From assembly GCA_964016885.1 (NCBI GenBank), contig OZ024754.1:38626001-38690000 (forward strand): a stretch of DNA of 64,000 nucleotides, read 5' to 3'. The stretch comes from Eledone cirrhosa. Lineage: Eukaryota. The translations under genes and the position numbers were made by a program. How positions within the stretch are numbered: position 1 is the stretch's first letter; the number at the start of each line of letters is the position of its first letter. The notes under the pieces were generated by a model, which worked only from the letters and a program-made list of their open reading frames with translations, did not search any database and was not told the origin of the DNA. Positions 57,452-64,000 of the stretch are shown here, piece after piece.

Positions 57452-57691
57452 TTAGGGCAAGAGGGCAGAAGTGCTGCGCCCTGCGGACAAGATGGCAAAA
57501 GCATTCCCGCGGACGATGACCAGTGACACCTGCTGCAACAGCCACCCAACCTCGTGGGGCTCCCTCCTCAAACGGCCCGCTAACACTCTGATCTTGCAGA
57601 GGAGCTCGGCAGTATGGGGTCCAAATACTCCTGAGGTCTCGATGGCGACCGGTGCGAAGAGAAAACAGTATGTGACAAGGTTGGACCATTT
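57452..57691 (-). mobile_element. CRE-like non-LTR retrotransposon C-terminal restriction-like endonuclease fragment
   Basis: Minus open frame LFAPVAIETSGVFGPHTAELL..WLLQQVSLVIVRGNAFAIL..stop; F.P.A.ET.G..G and Q..S...GNA..I motifs. Confidence 0.75.
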
Positions 57692-58148
57692 GACGTACAG
57701 TTACAGTCTATATAATAAGCTTCTCTCTATACAGTTTTCCATTTATCTTGTTTTACTCACAAGGTTTGACTTGATCTGAGTCTATCGTAGAAGATACTTG
57801 TCCAAGATTGTGTGTGATGGGAACAAAGTCAGGACTTTGTGAGGACAAAGTAACATTCTTAACTACATGGCCATGTTTGTACTACTACTCCTTCGATATA
57901 TGTACACATACATACACACACAAACAGAATCTTACACACACAGTTACACACCACACTGTCATTCATATATACACACACACACATATATATACACATAGCC
58001 ACCCACCCCCACCCACCCCACACACACACATATATACACATAGCCATCCCCCACACACACACACATATATACACATAGCCATCCCCCCCCACACACACAC
58101 ATATACACATAGCCATCCCCCCCCCACACACACACACACATATATATA

Positions 58149-58497
58149 TGTCAATGTGCGTGAACGACCAAGCATAGATGAGTTGAGAGAGAAACTGTGT
58201 ATAAAAGGAATAAGTTGTGGTGTACAGGAGAAGAGACTGCGATGGTATGGACATGTGATGCGCATGGAGGATGACTGCTGAGTGAAGAAGTGCCAAGAAA
58301 TCCCAGTAGAAGGAAGACGCAGTAGAGGAAGACCACGAAAAACATGGGCGGAGGTGGTGAGAGCAGACCTCAGATCGCTGAAGCTCACCGAGGAGAGGAC
58401 AAAGGATTGCGACGAATGGAGAGATGCTGTGCTGAATAGGACCCGTCCCACCCTTGCAAGCAGGGAAAAGCGGACGTAAAATGATGATGATGATGAT
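58149..58497 (+). mobile_element. RTE LINE 3' end; second copy at 43198-43381
   Basis: ELREKL..RLRWYGHVMRME..VEGRRSRGRPRKTWAEVV..; (GAT)n tail. Confidence 0.88.
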
Positions 58498-58689
58498 ATA
58501 TATATATACGCATAGCCATTCCCACACACACATACACACATATTTATATGCACTTAGCCATTCCCAGACACACACACACACAAATACATATACACAGCCC
58601 CCCCCCCCCCCACACACACACACACACAGCCATTCTCACCCATACACACCACACTAGTTCATTGTGTAAAAATATTTATTCCATTGCAG

Positions 58690-58729
58690 GAAGTGAAGAT
58701 TGGTTCCCCTGATTATCTAAATGCATCAG
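58690..58729 (+). CDS. PACS2: PACS exon EVKIGSPDYLNAS
   Basis: cattgcag| ... CAG|gtaaga, phase 0-1; resembles VVKVG. Confidence 0.88.
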
Positions 58730-58853
58730 GTAAGATTTCCTTCTTTCCATCCTTCCATCCTCCCTTATTTCTTAAATCCCCTAAATGTTGTCCCTTCAAT
58801 AAAGACAACATGGTGTAGAGGGAAAAGTAAGGATTGGTTGTATATATATATAA

Positions 58854-60651
58854 GTGAAGGCGCATGGCTTAGTGGTTAGAGCATTGGGCTTGCAATCGTG
58901 AGATTTTGAGTTCGATTCTCGGACCGGGTGATGTGTTGTGTTCTTGAGCAAGACACTTTATGCCACGTTGCTCCAGTTTACTCAGCTGTAGAAATGAGTT
59001 GCGATGTCACTGGTGCCAAGCTGTATCAGCCATTGCCTTTCCCTTGGACATCACCATATATATACTGTATATATACTGTACATAGTGTATATATAATGTA
59101 CATAGTGTATATATACTGTACATAGTGTATATATAATATACATAGTGTATATATAATGTACATAGTGTATATATAATATACATAGTGTATATAATGTACA
59201 TAGTGTATATATACTGTACATAGTGTATATAATGTACATAGTGTATATATATTGTACATAGTGTATATATAATGGACATAGTGTATATATACTGTACATA
59301 GTGTATATATACTGTACATAGTGTATATATAATATACATAGTGTATATATAATGTACATAGTGTATATATAATATACATAGTGTATATAATGTACATAGT
59401 GTATATATACTGTACATAGTGTATATAATGTACATAGTGTATATATATTGTACATAGTGTATATATAATGGACATAGTGTATATATACTGTACATAGTGT
59501 ATATATAATGTACATAGTGTATATATAATGTACATAGTGTATATATAATATACATAGTGTATATATAATGTACATAGTGTATATATAATGGACATAGTGT
59601 ATATATACTGTACATAGTGTATATATAATGTACATAGTGTATATATACTGTACATAGTGTATATATACTGTACATAGTGTATATATACTGTACATAGTGT
59701 ATATATAATGTACATGGTGTATATATACTGTACATAGTGTATATATAATATACATAGTGTATATATACTGTACATAGTATATATATACTGTACATAGTGT
59801 ATATATACTGTACATAGTGTATATATAATGTACATAGTGTATATATACTGTACATAGTGTATATATAATGTACATAGTGTATATATAATGTACATAGTGT
59901 ATATATAATGTACATAGTGTATATATAATATACATAGTGTATATATACTGTACATAGTGTATATATAATGTAAGTAGTGTATATATAATGTAAGTAGTGT
60001 ATATATAATGTACATAGTGTATATATAATATACATAGTGTATATATAATGTACATAGTGTATATATACTGTACATAGTGTATATATAATGTACATAATGT
60101 ATATATAATATACATAGTGTATATATAATGTACATAGTGTATATATACTGTACATAGTGTATATATACTGTACATAGTGTATATATAATATACATAGTGT
60201 ATATATACTGTACATAGTGTATATATAATGTACATAGTGTATATATACTGTACATAGTGTATATATAATGTACATGGTGTATATATACTGTACATAGTGT
60301 ATATATAATATACATAGTGTCTATATAATGTACATAGTGTATATATAATATACATAGTGTATATATAATGTACATAGTGTATATATAATGTACATAGTGT
60401 ATATATACTGTACATAGTGTATATATACTGTACATAGTGTATATATAATATATATATGGTATATATACCAGTTGTGATGTCACTAGTGCCAAGCTGTGTC
60501 TGCCATAGCCTTTCCCTTGGACAACATCAGTGACGTGGAGAGGGGGGACTGGTGGTCATCCACAAACAACCTTGCCCAGACTTGTGCCTCAGAGGGGAAC
60601 TTTCTAGGTACAAATCTCTTCGTCATTTGTGACTGAAGGGGGTATTTACCC

Positions 60652-60652
<1 letters not shown>
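58854..60652 (+). mobile_element. SINE A2 split by a 1.4-kb 20-bp minisatellite
   Basis: Head 58854-59054; 3' part resumes at 60471 with an overlap of about 52 bp. Confidence 0.82.
59060..60450. repeat. 20-bp minisatellite, about 70 copies
   Basis: Unit atatataatgtacatagtgt and variants. Confidence 0.96.
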
Positions 60653-60697
<45 letters not shown>

Positions 60698-60720
60698 CCA
60701 TTGAAATGCTTTAAACCTTT

Positions 60721-60755
<35 letters not shown>

Positions 60756-60981
60756 TATATATATATTTCATTGCAAAAACCTACTTTGAAGCTGTTAACT
60801 TTTAGCTAACATACTTTCAAAGTTTATCAACCACACAATGCTTCTATTCTGTTTTATTATTATATATTTTTTTGCCCCAAGTGATAAACGGTGTTTTATT
60901 ACTCCTGACAATATTATATTTTATTAAAATGTGTTTATATAATGTGTTTTCAGTTTATCTAAGTATTGTTTAACTTTCCAG

Positions 60982-61120
60982 TAGACATTGAGGAGTCTGT
61001 GACGTGCCCTACATTGTCTGGTTCACCACCATCTCAAGTGGCGCCAGCAGAGAAAACCAAAGATGGGCATCACACTCCACCAAATTCACCAAATGTTAGC
61101 TTAATGTCTCCCAGCCAAAG
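60982..61120 (+). CDS. PACS2: PACS exon (V)DIEESVTCPTLSGSPPSQVAPAEKTKDGHHTPPNSPNVSLMSPSQ
   Basis: tttccag|tag ... AG|gtgagt, phase 1-2; TPPxSP motif. Confidence 0.9.
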
Positions 61121-62084
61121 GTGAGTGTTTATTTATGTTTTATATTTTGTTTGATGGTATACTGTTTATTGATTGGGGCCAGGTGTAAAGATGGTGCTTT
61201 TGTACCACTGCATCTCTGCACTGTGATGCACCTAGTTCATAAGTATACTGTAAGCAGTGGCAGCACTATAAAATTAACAAATGTTTCATTAGTTTTGCAA
61301 CCCTGAGATCAGACTTTCTGCAGGAAAAATTATATGTAAAAGTATACTAGAAGTTTTTTCAACACGCTGATGCGTATGTGTATATGTGTGTGTGTGTGTG
61401 TGTATGCATATACATACATTTATATGTATGAGTATATAAATATAAACATACAATCACAGACACACTTACAAAAATACACACTGGCAGACATGAGAAAGTT
61501 GGTGTAAACAGCGGCCCAGTGGACTGCTGTTCATATGTGGACTTATTAACCACAACTCGAGCAGCTTTTTATATTTTTGTTATTTTTGTTATTTATTATG
61601 ATTTTTGTTTTACATCAACAGTTTGTAGGGCATCCAGGTAAAAGGTTTTGTCAAAATACCATGACTACTACAACATAGAGTACTAATGAAAGAAAAAGGA
61701 GGTTTGTTTTCATGGTAGAAGCTCTGCCCTTAACATTCTCAAGCTTTCCGAGAGCTGTGAGATTGATGTAGTTATAACTCTTATTAAACCCTTGCAAGTT
61801 GACGACAGGATAAACATGGGTCAGGAGGGAATTCCAGAGAGATTATATACTGAGGAAGATGATTTTGTATACTTTTGCCCAGTATTTTCCCCTCATATTT
61901 TATCCATGATATCCACATATATAGCATCTAGCTATATGATATCCACTTTCGTATGATATCAAACAATATCCTAACTATTATATCTATCTGAGGAGTCTCT
62001 TCTCATCATATATCTTCAATATATTGTTCTAAGCTATATCCACTTGTGATATCTTACTTTCCCAACTATATCTATATCTAGTAT

Positions 62085-62982
62085 ATGATGCTGACCTTCC
62101 ATGCTATATCTGGTATATATTACCAAACTTCCATGTTATATCTATATCTGGTATATATTACCAAACTTCTATGTTATATCTATATCTGGTATATATTACC
62201 AAACTTCTATGTTATATCTATATCTGGTATATATTACCAAACTTCCATGTTATATCTATATGTCATATATCTTACCAACCTTCCATGTTATATCTATATC
62301 TAGTATATGTTACCAAGCCTCCATGTTATATCTGTATCTGATATATGTTACCAACCCTTCATGCTATATCTTACCAACCTTCCATGCTATATCTATATCT
62401 CGTGTATGTTATCAACCTTCCATGCTATATCTGCTATATGATGCTGACCTTCCATGTTATATCTGCTATATGATGCTGACCTTCCATGTTATATCTGCTA
62501 TATGATGCTGACCTTCCATGTTATATCTGCTATATGATGCTGACCTTCCATGTTATATCTGCTATATGATGCTGACCTTCCATGCTATATGATGCTGACT
62601 TTCCATGTTATATCTGCTATATGATGCTGACCTTCCATGCTATATGATGCTGACTTTCCATGTTATATCTGCTATATGATGCTGACCTTCCATGCTATAT
62701 GATGCTGACTTTCCATGCTATATCTGCTATATGATGCTGACCTTCCATGCTATATGATGCTGACTTTCCATGTTATATCTGCTATATGATGCTGACCTTC
62801 CATGCTATATGATGCTGACTTTCCATGTTATATCTGCTATATGATGCTGACCTTCCATGCTATATGATGCTGACTTTCCATGTTATATCTGCTATATGAT
62901 GCTGACCTTCCATGCTATATGATGCTGACTTTCCATGCTATATCTGCTATATGATGCTGACCTTCCATGCTATATGATGCTA
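62085..62982. repeat. Minisatellite of alternating 23/31-bp units grading from an approximately 38-bp repeat
   Basis: gctatatgatgctgaccttccatg(ttatatct) repeats. Confidence 0.92.
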
Positions 62983-63101
62983 CTCTTCTTATATATACAT
63001 GCATCCTTACAACCCCCCCGCCCCCCCATCCCCCCCCCTTTTTTTTCTTGAATGATGACACTTCTTTATAATTTCAGTTTTTTTGTTCCCCTTCTCTCCA
63101 G

Positions 63102-63376
63102 TCAGCAATCAGTGCCAGCATCTGCAGCACTGCCATTCCTCACTGCCACCACCCAGTCGTCAGAGTATATGGAGCTGCAGGTGGAGTATTGGACCCTGGC
63201 GTCCAAGTCAGAAGCCAGCGATAAAGATCGTATGAACAAGAAAGAATCAAACAAATGTTCACTGAAGACTGCATTCCGCTCCCTTCATGTCTATCGTCTT
63301 CCGCCAGCTCCCAGCGAGATGCCCATCTCTGCTGGTTTCTGTATGGGAGTTGTAACAAAAGAGAAGAAACAAAAAA
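63102..63376 (+). CDS. PACS2: PACS exon QQSVPAS...EYMELQVEYW...CSLKTAFRSLHVYRLP...GVVTKEKKQK
   Basis: ctctccag| ... A|gtaagt, phase 2-1; matches LQVDYW, LKCTFRSLQVSRLP and VVTKEKNKK motifs. Confidence 0.95.
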
Positions 63377-63956
63377 GTAAGTTTTTTTTTTTTAGCCACT
63401 GAACATGAGGGAAGGGAGCATCTTTCATTGTATTTAGCAAGGGTTTTTTGACATGTTCAATTTTATTGATCTGTTTTTTTTGGTGGTGGGGGGGGGGGGG
63501 GGGTAATATTTGTAAAATACATTCAGAAATAAGAAATATATTTGCTAATGTTCACATCAACACTAACCATCATTTCACATCCACTTGTCTCTGTTCTTTT
63601 ATCATCTCCTTTGTGAGGTTGTTAACCATCCAGAGATCCACCATGAAATCTACCCTCACTACCCCCTGTCCACCATGAAATCTACCCTCACTAGCCTTCT
63701 ACCATCTGTCCACCAGAGATCTACCCTCACCACCTGTCCAGTTAGTGAGGTTCACCTTCAGGAGATCTACCCTCACCATCCCTGCCCAGCTATTTCTCTA
63801 TCACACCTTCATTCCACCTGTAACTCCTAGCACTTCTTTATCCAACGACCATCACACACCCGACGCTGTGTGATGGTCGCTTCATATCTTTCCAATAATA
63901 ATAAAAATAATAGTAATGTTGTGTTGATCACGTTAAAAAATGTTCTGTTATTTCAG

Positions 63957-64000
63957 TAATGCGAATTGGGAAGAAGTCCAAAGATCCAGAATCAAAAAGC
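63957..64000 (+). CDS. PACS2: PACS exon start (I)MRIGKKSKDPESKS, truncated by window edge
   Basis: tttcag| in phase 1; resembles VMFLPKKAKDKDVESKS. Confidence 0.88.

Noticed and set aside
59007-60492. 422-488 aa minus-strand ORFs
   Set aside because: Product of a stop-free 20-bp minisatellite.

Overview
AT-rich, microsatellite-dense animal genomic DNA. The repeat content (tRNA-derived SINEs with RTE-like tails, Meta-domain-like SINEs, Penelope-like remnants, long (TA)n tracts) suggests a coleoid cephalopod, probably an octopus; this is inference. The window lies inside one large + strand gene, a phosphofurin acidic cluster sorting protein (PACS1/PACS2 co-ortholog). Ten C-terminal-domain exons (42046-64000) splice in phase with GT-AG boundaries and match my recollection of vertebrate PACS2. 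Two middle-region exons and several candidate cassette or micro-exons are also visible; both gene ends lie outside the window. Introns hold minisatellites, SINEs, decayed LINEs (CR1, RTE, R4/Dong, CRE), Penelope-like fragments and TTAA-flanked piggyBac-type MITEs. Three unusual signals stand out: (1) minimal hammerhead-ribozyme-like motifs, including a near-perfect 215-bp palindrome with one on each strand; (2) many fold-back inverted repeats from unrelated repeat families; (3) minisatellites built from the gene's own 3' splice-site or exon-start sequence. Almost all ORFs in the supplied track are microsatellite artefacts.
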